Below are positions 50,757 to 60,207 of a DNA stretch of 64,000 nucleotides, piece by piece. Both the position numbers and the translations under genes were made by a program. How positions within the stretch are numbered: the stretch's first letter is position 1; each line of letters starts with the position of its first letter. The stretch comes from Candidatus Komeilibacteria bacterium (GTDB taxonomy: Bacteria > Patescibacteriota > Patescibacteriia > UBA1558 > GWA2-36-10). The notes under the pieces were generated by a model. The model did not search any database. It had not been told where the DNA came from and was given only the letters and a program-made list of their open reading frames with translations. The stretch lies in the NCBI GenBank assembly GCA_018656065.1, contig JABHZY010000015.1:5622-69621 (forward strand), in the 5' to 3' direction.

Positions 50757-51515
50757 ATGAGTGAAAAAAATATTTCTGAACAAATACTGGATAAAATAAA
50801 AGATGTCAAACCAAAACCACGTTGGCAGTTTTTGCTTAAAGATTATATTATTTGGTTAGCCGCTAGCCTAGCTTTGATTATTAGTAGTTTAGCTTTCGCA
50901 GTTGTTCTATATATGATGATAGATAATGATTGGGATATTTATTCTAATATTAGCAATAGTTTATTAGAATTTGTGTTTTTAACTCTGCCATATTTTTGGT
51001 TATTGTTTTTAGGGGCTTTTATTTTAATAGCTTATTATTATTTTAGGCATACTAAAAAGGGTTATAAATTTTCATTGAGTAAAATATTCTTAGTAAGTTT
51101 AGCAATTAATATATTTATTGGAGCTTTTTTATATAACGCGGGAGTCGGTCAGGCTATTGATGGTATAGTTGCTCAGAGAGTACCTTTTTACAAAGAACTT
51201 ATTAATAGAAGACAGCATATTTGGTCTAGGGTTGACGATGGTCTTTTAGGTGGAGTAGTGGTAGGCATCGAAGATGAACATCTCTCTTTAGAGGATATGG
51301 AAGGTAATATTTGGATTATTCAACATTTTAATACTACTACACCTAATTTTATAAATTTACAAATAGGTGATCATGTTCGTATGATTGGTCAGAAAATAGA
51401 TAGCCAAAATTTTAAGATGTATAGAATCATGCCAATGCGTGGTATGCATTGGATGAAAGAACATTGTCCTGTGGACAAGGAACATTGTCCGTTTATGAAT
51501 GAAAGAAAATTTTGA
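50757..51515 (+). CDS. 3-TM membrane protein co-transcribed with the ECF sigma (candidate anti-sigma/sensor) with C-terminal KEHCP tandem motif
   Basis: 4-nt gap to the sigma gene. The C-terminus is MKEHCPVDKEHCPFMNERKF. There is no canonical ZAS motif. Confidence 0.45.
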   Translation: MSEKNISEQILDKIKDVKPKPRWQFLLKDYIIWLAASLALIISSLAFAVVLYMMIDNDWDIYSNISNSLLEFVFLTLPYFWLLFLGAFILIAYYYFRHTKKGYKFSLSKIFLVSLAINIFIGAFLYNAGVGQAIDGIVAQRVPFYKELINRRQHIWSRVDDGLLGGVVVGIEDEHLSLEDMEGNIWIIQHFNTTTPNFINLQIGDHVRMIGQKIDSQNFKMYRIMPMRGMHWMKEHCPVDKEHCPFMNERKF

Positions 51516-51582
51516 GATACACGTAGTAATTAATACAAGATGGTTAATCAACTTAATAATTAATTACTAACTAATAAGAAGT

Positions 51583-51990
51583 ATGAAAAATAACAAATTT
51601 TATGCCTTGGCTGGGTTTTTAGGTCTAGTGATTACCACTTTAGTGGTTTCCAATATGGCTTCTGCCTACCGAGGTGATTCAAGTGTGCAGGGTCCAAATT
51701 TTGATCCGGCTAGGCACGAGGCAATGCAAGAAGCTATCGACAGCCAAGACTATGCTGCCTGGGCAGAGCTACACAATGGTCGTGGTAGAATAACAGAAGT
51801 GGTGACGGAAGAAAATTTTGATAGATTTATTGCTATGCATGATTTGATGATGGCTGGAGATAAAGAAGGAGCTCAAGAAATTCGAGAAGAGTTAGGTCTG
51901 GGGCAAGGACACAGAGGCAAAGGAGATTTTGTTAAAGGTTTTCATAGAGGATATGAAAAAGGAGCAGGCGATTGTCCGTTTCAGAAATAA
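51583..51990 (+). CDS. Secreted hypothetical protein ending in DCPF
   Basis: Signal peptide, helical acidic core, and C-terminal GAGDCPFQK. Confidence 0.5.
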   Translation: MKNNKFYALAGFLGLVITTLVVSNMASAYRGDSSVQGPNFDPARHEAMQEAIDSQDYAAWAELHNGRGRITEVVTEENFDRFIAMHDLMMAGDKEGAQEIREELGLGQGHRGKGDFVKGFHRGYEKGAGDCPFQK

Positions 51991-52016
51991 TACATAAAAG
52001 ACATTTTTTCACAAAT

Positions 52017-52048
52017 AAAAAACACCTTGGCGCGATGAGGTGTTTTTT
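52017..52048. terminator. Bidirectional intrinsic terminator
   Basis: AACACCT (52021-52027) / AGGTGTT (52038-52044), flanked by an A-run and a T-run. Confidence 0.65.
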
Positions 52049-52054
52049 GATTAT

Positions 52055-52543
52055 CTATTTTAGACAAGGATATTTTTGGACTAGTGAGCTTTGAGACCAT
52101 TTACGGCCTAAGCCCCAGTCATTACCAGCTCCATTGAGATATAGGCCTATTAAAACCAAGGCGTATATAATATGGTCATCCATGAAAGGGTTATTACTTG
52201 GCAGTAGAAGAGCCAGATACATTAATAGCATCATTAGAACGCCACCGATAGCAGCTAGTTTCATAGCAATGCCAAGGATGAGCGCTAAACCTATTAATAA
52301 TAGTCCTAGCATAAATGCCCAATCTACCCAAGCTTGTCCAGCTAAAGATTGAAACATTACTTTTAATGGTCCAGTGCTCGCATGTTCTAAAAACCCTGTT
52401 GTAGGAGAGCCTTCATTAAGCCAAGCCTTTTTAGTCGTAGTGGCAAAACCTAGGCCAAAGAGCTTATCTATAAAAGCCCAAAAGAAAATCCAACCCATAG
52501 AAATTCTTAAAATGCCGCGTATGTATTTTATGTTTTCTCGCAT
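52055..52543 (-). CDS. DoxX-like membrane protein
   Basis: 162 aa with 4 TM helices. The N-terminus LRISMGWIFFWAFIDKLFG resembles the DoxX/DoxD family. Confidence 0.5.
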   Translation of the reverse strand: MRENIKYIRGILRISMGWIFFWAFIDKLFGLGFATTTKKAWLNEGSPTTGFLEHASTGPLKVMFQSLAGQAWVDWAFMLGLLLIGLALILGIAMKLAAIGGVLMMLLMYLALLLPSNNPFMDDHIIYALVLIGLYLNGAGNDWGLGRKWSQSSLVQKYPCLK

Positions 52544-52550
52544 ATTTTCA

Positions 52551-53222
52551 TTATTTAATTTTTTTATTTGTAAATGGTATACATTTTTTTGAAATGTCTA
52601 TGGATATTCTAAAAATCAGTACAGCGATTACCAGGAGAGAGAGTAGTAGTCTTGGTGGTGGAAATCCTGAAAAATCTTCTAAATAGTCTAACCAAATTTC
52701 TTTTTCTACAAACCAGGCTCTAAGCGCTAAGAGTATCCAAGCTAGATAACCAAGTCGTAATGTGTAGCGCCATTTATGTGGGCCCATGGCCAGCATTATT
52801 TTATCTCGAGAAATTATAGCTATGAAAGTAAAAATAAGCATGGATATTCCACCCAGTAAAACATCAGCTGTGAAAAGATTATCGGTTAGATGGAATAAAT
52901 ATTTGTCAGGGTTTATTAATAAGATAGAAATACTATAGGCCAGAGCCAGCCAATAGGCTATTAGTCCTAAGTATTTACGATAGCCTATTTTAGTATCTAG
53001 AAAATCCCACCAATAACAAAATCCACTAAGTGAAAACGAAGCGGTAAACATTAGAGCTGAGGCGCCGGCCAGAGCTTTAGAGAATTGTAAAAAGCTATAT
53101 TCCTTGTCTAAGGTGGAAGTAAAAATAAGCATCAATATAAAGATAACAAAAGCTATAACAAGACTATTTCGCCATATTATTTGTTTAACATGTTTTTGGA
53201 ATATATCAGCTTTTTGTTTCAT
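52551..53222 (-). CDS. Hypothetical 6-TM membrane protein
   Basis: 223-aa hydrophobic ORF. TGaTATAAT lies 7 nt upstream of the ATG. Confidence 0.5.
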   Translation of the reverse strand: MKQKADIFQKHVKQIIWRNSLVIAFVIFILMLIFTSTLDKEYSFLQFSKALAGASALMFTASFSLSGFCYWWDFLDTKIGYRKYLGLIAYWLALAYSISILLINPDKYLFHLTDNLFTADVLLGGISMLIFTFIAIISRDKIMLAMGPHKWRYTLRLGYLAWILLALRAWFVEKEIWLDYLEDFSGFPPPRLLLSLLVIAVLIFRISIDISKKCIPFTNKKIK

Positions 53223-53283
53223 TATTTATATTATATCATAAATTATTTACAAAAGCTTTATATAAGGTATAATATATATACTT

Positions 53284-53661
53284 ATGAAACTAGCTAGAAA
53301 CAAAATAATTATCCTATCTTTATTTATTGCTTTGGCAAATTTATTTGCTTTAGGATGTTTTTTTATTGGGCAGAGTTTGCACAGTGACCATCATCAAACT
53401 ATGAGCTCCATGAAATGTTGTACTATGGGTGCTTATAATGAAACAGAGCATGCCGGATATAATTTGCAGTATAACATTTCTAACGGAGCTTCTGTCAGTT
53501 TAAATTTGATTTTATTTTCAGTTGTATTGGCATTATTCATTTTAAAAGAAACTAAATTTTCTAATTATTATTTAGTTAAAGATAGGTACGGTGGTTTTAA
53601 ATTGTTACATAAATTTTTATTTTTGTTTAAAACTGGAATATTGCATCCTAAAATTTATTAA
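53284..53661 (+). CDS. Hypothetical membrane protein with His/Cys-rich loop
   Basis: SDHHQTMSSMKCCTMG lies between two TM helices. Confidence 0.45.
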   Translation: MKLARNKIIILSLFIALANLFALGCFFIGQSLHSDHHQTMSSMKCCTMGAYNETEHAGYNLQYNISNGASVSLNLILFSVVLALFILKETKFSNYYLVKDRYGGFKLLHKFLFLFKTGILHPKIY

Positions 53662-53754
53662 TTTTTAGTAAAGCCTTATTTTTATATTATCAAAATATAA
53701 ATAATTAAGGTTTTTTTTGATATTTAAAAAATAAACTTATAATAATTTATTAAT

Positions 53755-55086
53755 ATGAAAAATAAACAATGTAAATTGATATACATATCAGGTATGACTT
53801 GTACGTCCTGTGAAATGTTGATTAAAGATTCTCTAGAAGAGGTAAAGGCAGTCAAATATGTAAAAATTAGTCACAGACATGGCAAAGCCGAACTAGGTCA
53901 TGATGGCGAAAAATTACCTCTTAAAGATATTTTAGAAAAAATAGAAGATTTGGGCTATCAAGCCTCTCTTGAGCCCATTAAAGAAAAAAAATCAAAGGCT
54001 TCAGCTGAGCAGTGGTTCCATTCCATATTACTAGTAGCTGGTTTGTATTTAGTCTATAAATATTTACAATGGATTGGACTCCTAAATTGGATAGAAGCAG
54101 ATACTAGCGACATAAATTATGGCGCGGCCTTTATTATAGGTATAGTGGCTTCAGTTTCTAGTTGTCTGGTAGTAGTGGGAGCAGTGGTAATGTCTTTTGC
54201 TAGTAAGTATCAGGCTCGTGGGACTTTTTATCAGCGTAATTTGAAACCGCATTTACTATTTCATATTGGACGACTAGCCACTTTTTTTATATTAGGTGGA
54301 GTATTAGGCATGATTGGTTCTTGGTTTAATATTTCAGATGTTTTCATGAGTTGGTTTACAATATTTATTGCTGTAGTTTTACTTTGGATGGCTTTAAATA
54401 TTTTAGGCTTTGTACCATCTATGACTATTTTGGGCATAAGAATGCCTAAGCGTAGTATGGGAGCTTGGAAAAAACTACAAAAATCAGAACATGCTATGGC
54501 GCCAGTAGTTCTAGGAGCTTTTACATTCTTCTTACCGTGCGGTTTTACTCAGAGCATGCAACTTTTTGCTATGTCGTCAGGCGATTTTATGACTGGAGGG
54601 CTGACTTTATTTCTTTTTGCTCTTGGTACTTCGCCAGTCTTACTGGGATTGGGAGTGGCTACTACCAAATTTAAAAATATGGAGACAGTAGTGCTACAAA
54701 AAGCAATTGGATTCATAGTTTTATTTTTTGCTTTTTTTACTATGTCTTCAGGCTTAGCTATTCGAGGAGTAGATATTGATATTTTTGCTAAAAAAGAAGT
54801 AGGGCAAGTAATAAATACTGCTAATGCACAAATCATTAATATGACAGTAGATTATAGAGGTTATACGCCCAGTGTATTTAAATTACAGAAAGATGTGCCT
54901 GTAAAATGGATTATAGATGGTGATGGTGCTACTGGTTGTACTAATGAAATAATTGTTCCAGATTTAGGTATTAGGGAGCCTATACGTTCTGGTGAAAATA
55001 TTATTGAATTTACACCAACCAAAGTAGGAAATATTAATTTTTCTTGTTGGATGGGTATGGTTCGTGGTAGGTTTATTGTAGAATAA
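53755..55086 (+). CDS. HMA domain + TauE/SafE-like permease + C-terminal cupredoxin-like domain protein
   Basis: GMTCTSCE, FFLPCGFTQ inside a polytopic core, and a C-terminal beta-sandwich (KWIIDGDGATGCTNEIIVPDLG...FSCWMGMVRG). Confidence 0.7.
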   Translation: MKNKQCKLIYISGMTCTSCEMLIKDSLEEVKAVKYVKISHRHGKAELGHDGEKLPLKDILEKIEDLGYQASLEPIKEKKSKASAEQWFHSILLVAGLYLVYKYLQWIGLLNWIEADTSDINYGAAFIIGIVASVSSCLVVVGAVVMSFASKYQARGTFYQRNLKPHLLFHIGRLATFFILGGVLGMIGSWFNISDVFMSWFTIFIAVVLLWMALNILGFVPSMTILGIRMPKRSMGAWKKLQKSEHAMAPVVLGAFTFFLPCGFTQSMQLFAMSSGDFMTGGLTLFLFALGTSPVLLGLGVATTKFKNMETVVLQKAIGFIVLFFAFFTMSSGLAIRGVDIDIFAKKEVGQVINTANAQIINMTVDYRGYTPSVFKLQKDVPVKWIIDGDGATGCTNEIIVPDLGIREPIRSGENIIEFTPTKVGNINFSCWMGMVRGRFIVE

Positions 55087-55097
55087 TTAATAATTAT

Positions 55098-57260
55098 ATG
55101 AAAAATATAAATTTAAAAATCTCTGGCATGCATTGTGCTTCCTGTGCTTTGAATATTGAAAAAACTATCAAAAAAAAGTCAGGCATAAAAAGTGCTAGTG
55201 TTAATTATGCTAATAATCAAGCCAAGGTGGAGTTTGATGCTGAGCAAATTAACCAAAGTGAAATAGCCGAAGTTATTTCTCAGGCTGGTGATTATAAAGT
55301 AATAGATGATAGTGATCAAAATATGGAGCAAGATTTAACTAAGCGCGCTTATTATAGGTTTATCTGGGCATTGATTTTTACTTTGCCGTTGTTTATTTCT
55401 ATGTTCTATATGTCAAATTTTTCTTCTAGTTTTTGGGGCGTAAGTTTAGAGAAGTGGATAATGCATGATTTGGCTTTTATAGTAGTATTTATTATTGGCT
55501 GGCAGTTTCACAAGGGAATGTTTTTGCAGCTCAAGCAATTTAAGTCAAACATGGATACTCTGATATCTATTGGCACTTTGTCTGCTTATTTTTATAGTCT
55601 CTATGCTATGTTTAGCGGTGGTCATGTCTATTTTGAGACTGCAGCTACGATTATTACTTTGATATTACTGGGTAAATATTTTGAAGAAAAATCTAAAGGC
55701 CGAGCTTCAACTGCTATTAAGCAATTGTTGTCTCTAGGAGTAAAACAGGCAACAGTCTTAGCTGGTGATACAGAAGTTAAAACAGATATCAAAGATATTA
55801 ATATAGGCGATATAGTTTTAGTTAAGGCTGGCGAGAAAATTCCTTTAGATGGAGAGGTGATTGAAGGCAAGACTTCTATCGATGAATCAATGCTAACTGG
55901 GGAGAGTATTCCAGTTAATAAGAAAAAGGGAAGTGTAGTTTACGGAGCCACTATTAATAATCAAGGAGTTATAAAAGTAAAAGTTAATAAAATTGGCGAA
56001 GATACGGTTTTGTCACAAATCATCAAGCTAGTGGAAAATGCTCAGGCTTCCAAGGCACCTATTCAAAAATTAGCTGATAAGGTATCTGGTATTTTTGTGC
56101 CAACGGTTATTGTTGTATCTATACTTACTTTTGTGGTTTGGTATTGGCTTGTCGGAGCTGGATTTGAAGTTAGCTTAATCAATGCAGTGGCTGTGATAGT
56201 GATCGCCTGCCCTTGTGCTTTGGGCTTGGCTACGCCTACGGCCATCATGGTTGGTTCTGGTAAGGGCGCTGCCAATGGCATACTGATCAAAGATTCACAG
56301 AGTTTAGAAGTTGCTCATAAAGTAGACGTAGTAGTTTTTGACAAGACAGGCACTTTGACTAAAGGTAAGCCAACGGTGACAGATATTAATACTACTAGTC
56401 ACGATTTAACAACCAGTCAGCTTATGGAGTTAGCATGTTCTCTAGAAGCTAGCAGCGAACATTCTTTGGCTAATGCCTTTGTAAAATACGCCAAAGATAA
56501 TAACTTAAATCTCAAAAAAGCAACTAATATAGAAGCTATCAAAGGTAAGGGTGTAAAAGGCTTAGTAGACAATCAAGAAATACATCTTGGTAACAAAGAA
56601 TTATTGAAAGATTTAGGCGTAGAAGAAAATCCAATTTATCAGGCAGCTTTTGAAGATTATGCGGAGCAAGCTAAAACTCCTATTTATTTTATAAAAGACA
56701 AAAAATTGATGGGAGTAGTAGCTGTTGCTGATGTGATTAGAGATTCTTCCAAAGAGGTTATTAAGAATTTACGGGAAAATATTGAAGTATATATGTTAAC
56801 TGGCGATCATAAATTAACAGCGCAAGCCATTGCCAAAGAGTTGGGCATTAAAAATGTGATTGCCGAAGTTTTACCTGATCAAAAAGTTGAAGAGATAAGA
56901 AAACTTCAATCAGAAGGCAAGGTAGTAGCTTTTGTGGGTGACGGTATTAATGATGCTCCAGCGCTTACTTTAGCAGATTTAGGTATTGCAGTCGGAGGAG
57001 GCACAGACATTGCCATGGAAAGCGGTAATGTAGTACTGATGAACAGCGATCCCATGAAAGTTATTAGTGCTATTAATTTATCTAAAAAAACTTTTAGTAC
57101 TATCAAGCAAAATTTATTTTTTGCCTTTGGCTATAATGTCATTGCTATTCCTTTGGCTGCTTTAGGATTACTCAACCCAATGATTGCTGCCGCGGCTATG
57201 AGTTTTAGTAGTGTTTCGGTAGTGACTAATAGTCTGAGGATCAAACGAGCTAAAATATAA
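55098..57260 (+). CDS. copA: Copper-translocating P1B-type ATPase
   Basis: GMHCASCA, CPC, DKTGTLT and GDGINDAP. Confidence 0.9.
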   Translation: MKNINLKISGMHCASCALNIEKTIKKKSGIKSASVNYANNQAKVEFDAEQINQSEIAEVISQAGDYKVIDDSDQNMEQDLTKRAYYRFIWALIFTLPLFISMFYMSNFSSSFWGVSLEKWIMHDLAFIVVFIIGWQFHKGMFLQLKQFKSNMDTLISIGTLSAYFYSLYAMFSGGHVYFETAATIITLILLGKYFEEKSKGRASTAIKQLLSLGVKQATVLAGDTEVKTDIKDINIGDIVLVKAGEKIPLDGEVIEGKTSIDESMLTGESIPVNKKKGSVVYGATINNQGVIKVKVNKIGEDTVLSQIIKLVENAQASKAPIQKLADKVSGIFVPTVIVVSILTFVVWYWLVGAGFEVSLINAVAVIVIACPCALGLATPTAIMVGSGKGAANGILIKDSQSLEVAHKVDVVVFDKTGTLTKGKPTVTDINTTSHDLTTSQLMELACSLEASSEHSLANAFVKYAKDNNLNLKKATNIEAIKGKGVKGLVDNQEIHLGNKELLKDLGVEENPIYQAAFEDYAEQAKTPIYFIKDKKLMGVVAVADVIRDSSKEVIKNLRENIEVYMLTGDHKLTAQAIAKELGIKNVIAEVLPDQKVEEIRKLQSEGKVVAFVGDGINDAPALTLADLGIAVGGGTDIAMESGNVVLMNSDPMKVISAINLSKKTFSTIKQNLFFAFGYNVIAIPLAALGLLNPMIAAAAMSFSSVSVVTNSLRIKRAKI

Positions 57261-57333
57261 TAATATTTTACAGACAAAAATGTTCTATTAGGGCGTTTTT
57301 GTTTTTGACTCAAAAATGATATAATCTTTATAT

Positions 57334-57879
57334 ATGATTAATAATATTTTACCAGCTTTTAGGTTGGTTTTTAGCAGATGGCATTACATTTTATTAGTTT
57401 TTGTTGTGGCCATTATATTCTTTTGGGGAACTGTTTTGTTGCAAAGTATTTCTTTTTTAAAATTTGCATCTACTTATACGCCTTCAGAATTTTGGGCACG
57501 ATTTAGAATTATCTTTCAAGTTTGGGGATTTTTTAAAATTAATTCTACCCTGTGGAGTCGATGGTTAGTTTTCTTAGTATCTATATTGGCAGGTATTAAT
57601 TTTTCTATGTTGATATTTTATTTAAAACGTAAAATTAAGTTAGAAAAATCAGCTGGCACTGGCTTTGTCGGTATAATAGTGGGAATTTTTGGGGTGGGTT
57701 GTGCTTCTTGTGGTTCAGTAGTTTTATCTTCTATCTTTGGTTATACAGCAACAACTAATTTTTTAGCTACTTTACCTTTTCATGGTATAGAGATTGGAAT
57801 TCTTGGTTTATTGTTGCTTTTATTATCTATTTATTTATTAGCCTCTAAAATACAAAATCCATCTGTTTGTAAAATATAA
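57334..57879 (+). CDS. Hypothetical membrane protein with CxxC in a TM helix
   Basis: GVGCASCGSV. Confidence 0.5.
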   Translation: MINNILPAFRLVFSRWHYILLVFVVAIIFFWGTVLLQSISFLKFASTYTPSEFWARFRIIFQVWGFFKINSTLWSRWLVFLVSILAGINFSMLIFYLKRKIKLEKSAGTGFVGIIVGIFGVGCASCGSVVLSSIFGYTATTNFLATLPFHGIEIGILGLLLLLLSIYLLASKIQNPSVCKI

Positions 57880-57882
57880 TAT

Positions 57883-58212
57883 ATGATAAATTCTAAAAGA
57901 GTAAAACAAATTATTGGCGTTCTTATTTTATTATACGTATTATATTTCGCTTATTTATTTTTTAAGCCAATACATCCAGTATTTGTTGGTGTAAGTATAA
58001 AGGATAATTGTATATCTGAAGGTAATGATTATACGCTCCCAATACCTCCAGGGCAGTTTGGAAAATTTGATAATCTTTGTTGTAAAGATTTAGTGGCAGT
58101 AGATTTAGAAAATATTTGGGGCGCCACTCATCACTATCATTGCATAAGTTATAATGATTATAAATGGCGTCAAATAAAAAATGATATATTTTTTGGTTTT
58201 ATAAAATATTAA
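57883..58212 (+). CDS. Hypothetical anchored protein
   Basis: 109 aa with one N-terminal TM helix. Confidence 0.45.
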   Translation: MINSKRVKQIIGVLILLYVLYFAYLFFKPIHPVFVGVSIKDNCISEGNDYTLPIPPGQFGKFDNLCCKDLVAVDLENIWGATHHYHCISYNDYKWRQIKNDIFFGFIKY

Positions 58213-58216
58213 TATT

Positions 58217-58579
58217 ATGGTAAAAAATGATTACGGTTTAATTTTCTGGATACATCTACTAGTAATTTTAGCTTATTTAATTACGCCTTTTGTATTGGGA
58301 TGGCAATGGATACTTTTAATAGTAGCCTTGTTTTATGTTCAGAATTTCTTTTTCAAAAATTGTATTTTAACAAAAGCCCAATTAGACAATAGAGGAGATG
58401 TAGATGAAAGTGAAAAAAGTTTTTATGCTTATTATTTCAAAAAGATGAGTCCAAAAGTAGATCCTAGGTGGGTTAAAAAATATTTTGCTTACTCATTAAT
58501 GTGGACAGTTTTTACTATATCTTTGATATGGCAGTTAGTTTTTAGTCACCAACCTTATTGGTTCAGTAATTTATTTTAG
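58217..58579 (+). CDS. Hypothetical membrane protein
   Basis: 120 aa with 3-4 TM helices. Confidence 0.45.
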   Translation: MVKNDYGLIFWIHLLVILAYLITPFVLGWQWILLIVALFYVQNFFFKNCILTKAQLDNRGDVDESEKSFYAYYFKKMSPKVDPRWVKKYFAYSLMWTVFTISLIWQLVFSHQPYWFSNLF

Positions 58580-58584
58580 GGAAT

Positions 58585-59355
58585 ATGAAGTATCGTAAAT
58601 TAGATATTTTAATTTTAATATTTTTTCCATTATTTGCCATGGTTACTTCTATAGCTCTGGAGGCAAATTATTTGATTTCTACACTATTATTTTTTGGTGC
58701 GCCTAGTCTTTATCTTTCTGTTCGTAATTATAAAATAATACTTAAGAGTTTTATATTTTCCATGCTACTAGGCTTTCCTTTTGCAACGATTATAAATTCA
58801 GTGGCTGTGCTTAGTAAATCTTGGCTTACTTATTCCATATTTGATTTTAGATTTTTAGGTTTAATTCCCATTGAGGATTTTGTTTTTGGTACACTTTTTG
58901 TTTATTTAACTATTATGTTTTATGAGCATCTTCTAGATAAAGGTAAAGATAACAAAATTGATAAAAAATTGAGATTATTTATAATACCGTTGACAATTAT
59001 TTTTTTAATATTTTTGATTATTATATTTAAGAATTCAGAGCTTTTAAATATTCCTTATGCTTATTTTTGGATTGGATTATTAGCTGGTTTATTACCATTA
59101 GCCGCTATGCTATCTTTTTTCCCTCGTTTATTTTGTAAGTTTATAAAAGCAGCTAGTTATTTTTTCTTTTTAACTTTACTTTTTGAATTAACTGCACTTC
59201 ATTTAGATCAGTGGGTTTTTCCAGGGGATCAATTTATATTTTGGGTAGATATTGCTGGTAATCGGTTTCCTTTTGAGGAGTTATTTTTTTGGGTAATATT
59301 AGCTTCAATTTCAGTATTAACTTATTATGAATTCTTTGCTGATGATAGAAAATAA
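58585..59355 (+). CDS. Lycopene-cyclase-domain (CrtYc/d-like) membrane protein, two internal repeats
   Basis: Two copies of the P.EE/P.ED..F motif (LIPIEDFVFG, FPFEELFFW) in a 7-TM protein. Confidence 0.45.
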   Translation: MKYRKLDILILIFFPLFAMVTSIALEANYLISTLLFFGAPSLYLSVRNYKIILKSFIFSMLLGFPFATIINSVAVLSKSWLTYSIFDFRFLGLIPIEDFVFGTLFVYLTIMFYEHLLDKGKDNKIDKKLRLFIIPLTIIFLIFLIIIFKNSELLNIPYAYFWIGLLAGLLPLAAMLSFFPRLFCKFIKAASYFFFLTLLFELTALHLDQWVFPGDQFIFWVDIAGNRFPFEELFFWVILASISVLTYYEFFADDRK

Positions 59356-59383
59356 TTTTAATTAATATATTAACTATAAACAT

Positions 59384-60031
59384 ATGCCAAAAGTAAAAAA
59401 AAGAAAATTACCAGCCAAAGTTATAAAGTATTTAAAAAAGGCTGGTGTAAAACATGACATGCTCGAACACAAAACAATCTATACTGCTATTGACGCAGCT
59501 AATACCATGAAGAAAAAAATGAATGAGATCGCTAAATCATTATTGGTCAAAGCAGATAAGGATTATTTTATGATTATTTTACCCGCTGATCAAAATCTTG
59601 ATATTAATAAGTTGAAAAAAACCTTGAGTAAGTCTCAGCAAAAACAAATCAAGGTAGTTAAGATTCCTGGTGAAAAAATTGCTAGAGATGTGCTTAAGGT
59701 CAAAAAAGATTCTATTTCTGCTTTTGGGTCTCTATATAAACTACCTGTTATAATGGAAAAGAGAATTGCCAAGGTTAAAAAAGCAGTTTTTTCTTCAGAT
59801 AGCTTCAATCATTCAGTAGAGATGGTAGTTAAAGACTTTATTAATTTGGAAGAAGCAGTGGTTGATACTTTTGGAGTTAAGAAAAAAATAAAAAAACCAA
59901 TTCCTTCTAAATCTGCCCGTAAAACTAGCAGGGCAGGCGGGAAATCTCCAGTGTCAAAAAAGAAAAAGCCAGTTAAGAAAAAAATTGTAAAGAAAAAAGT
60001 AAGTAAAAAGAGAGTAGTAAAAAAGAAATAA
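59384..60031 (+). CDS. YbaK/aminoacyl-tRNA-editing-domain-like protein with Lys-rich C-terminal tail
   Basis: The N-terminal 150 aa are YbaK-like (IAKSLLVKADKDYFMIILPADQNLDINKL). The tail is KKKKPVKKKIVKKKVSKKRVVKKK. Confidence 0.5.
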   Translation: MPKVKKRKLPAKVIKYLKKAGVKHDMLEHKTIYTAIDAANTMKKKMNEIAKSLLVKADKDYFMIILPADQNLDINKLKKTLSKSQQKQIKVVKIPGEKIARDVLKVKKDSISAFGSLYKLPVIMEKRIAKVKKAVFSSDSFNHSVEMVVKDFINLEEAVVDTFGVKKKIKKPIPSKSARKTSRAGGKSPVSKKKKPVKKKIVKKKVSKKRVVKKK

Positions 60032-60113
60032 GATAAAATAATGTGGTTTTCCTAGGCTACTCAGCATCAAGAAGATGGAGTGGTTTGAGAAGTCAAATAA
60101 ATTTTTATAAAAA

Positions 60114-60177
60114 ACTCTTCTTAATATATTGGGGAAGAGTTTTTTATTTTGTAAAAGACCCTGATTTCTGGTATAAT
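60114..60177 (+). repeat. Terminator-promoter junction ahead of pilB
   Basis: ACTCTTC...GAAGAGT hairpin, TTTTTTATTTTG, TG at 60169-60170 and TATAAT at 60172-60177. Confidence 0.55.
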
Positions 60178-60207
60178 ATTATATATAAATTATATTTTTA
60201 GATTAAT

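Noticed and set aside
57268-57290. Possible CopY box (TACA...TGT) downstream of copA
   Set aside because: The spacing (TACA-N8-TGT) does not fit the TACAnnTGTA consensus, and no CopY-like gene is present.
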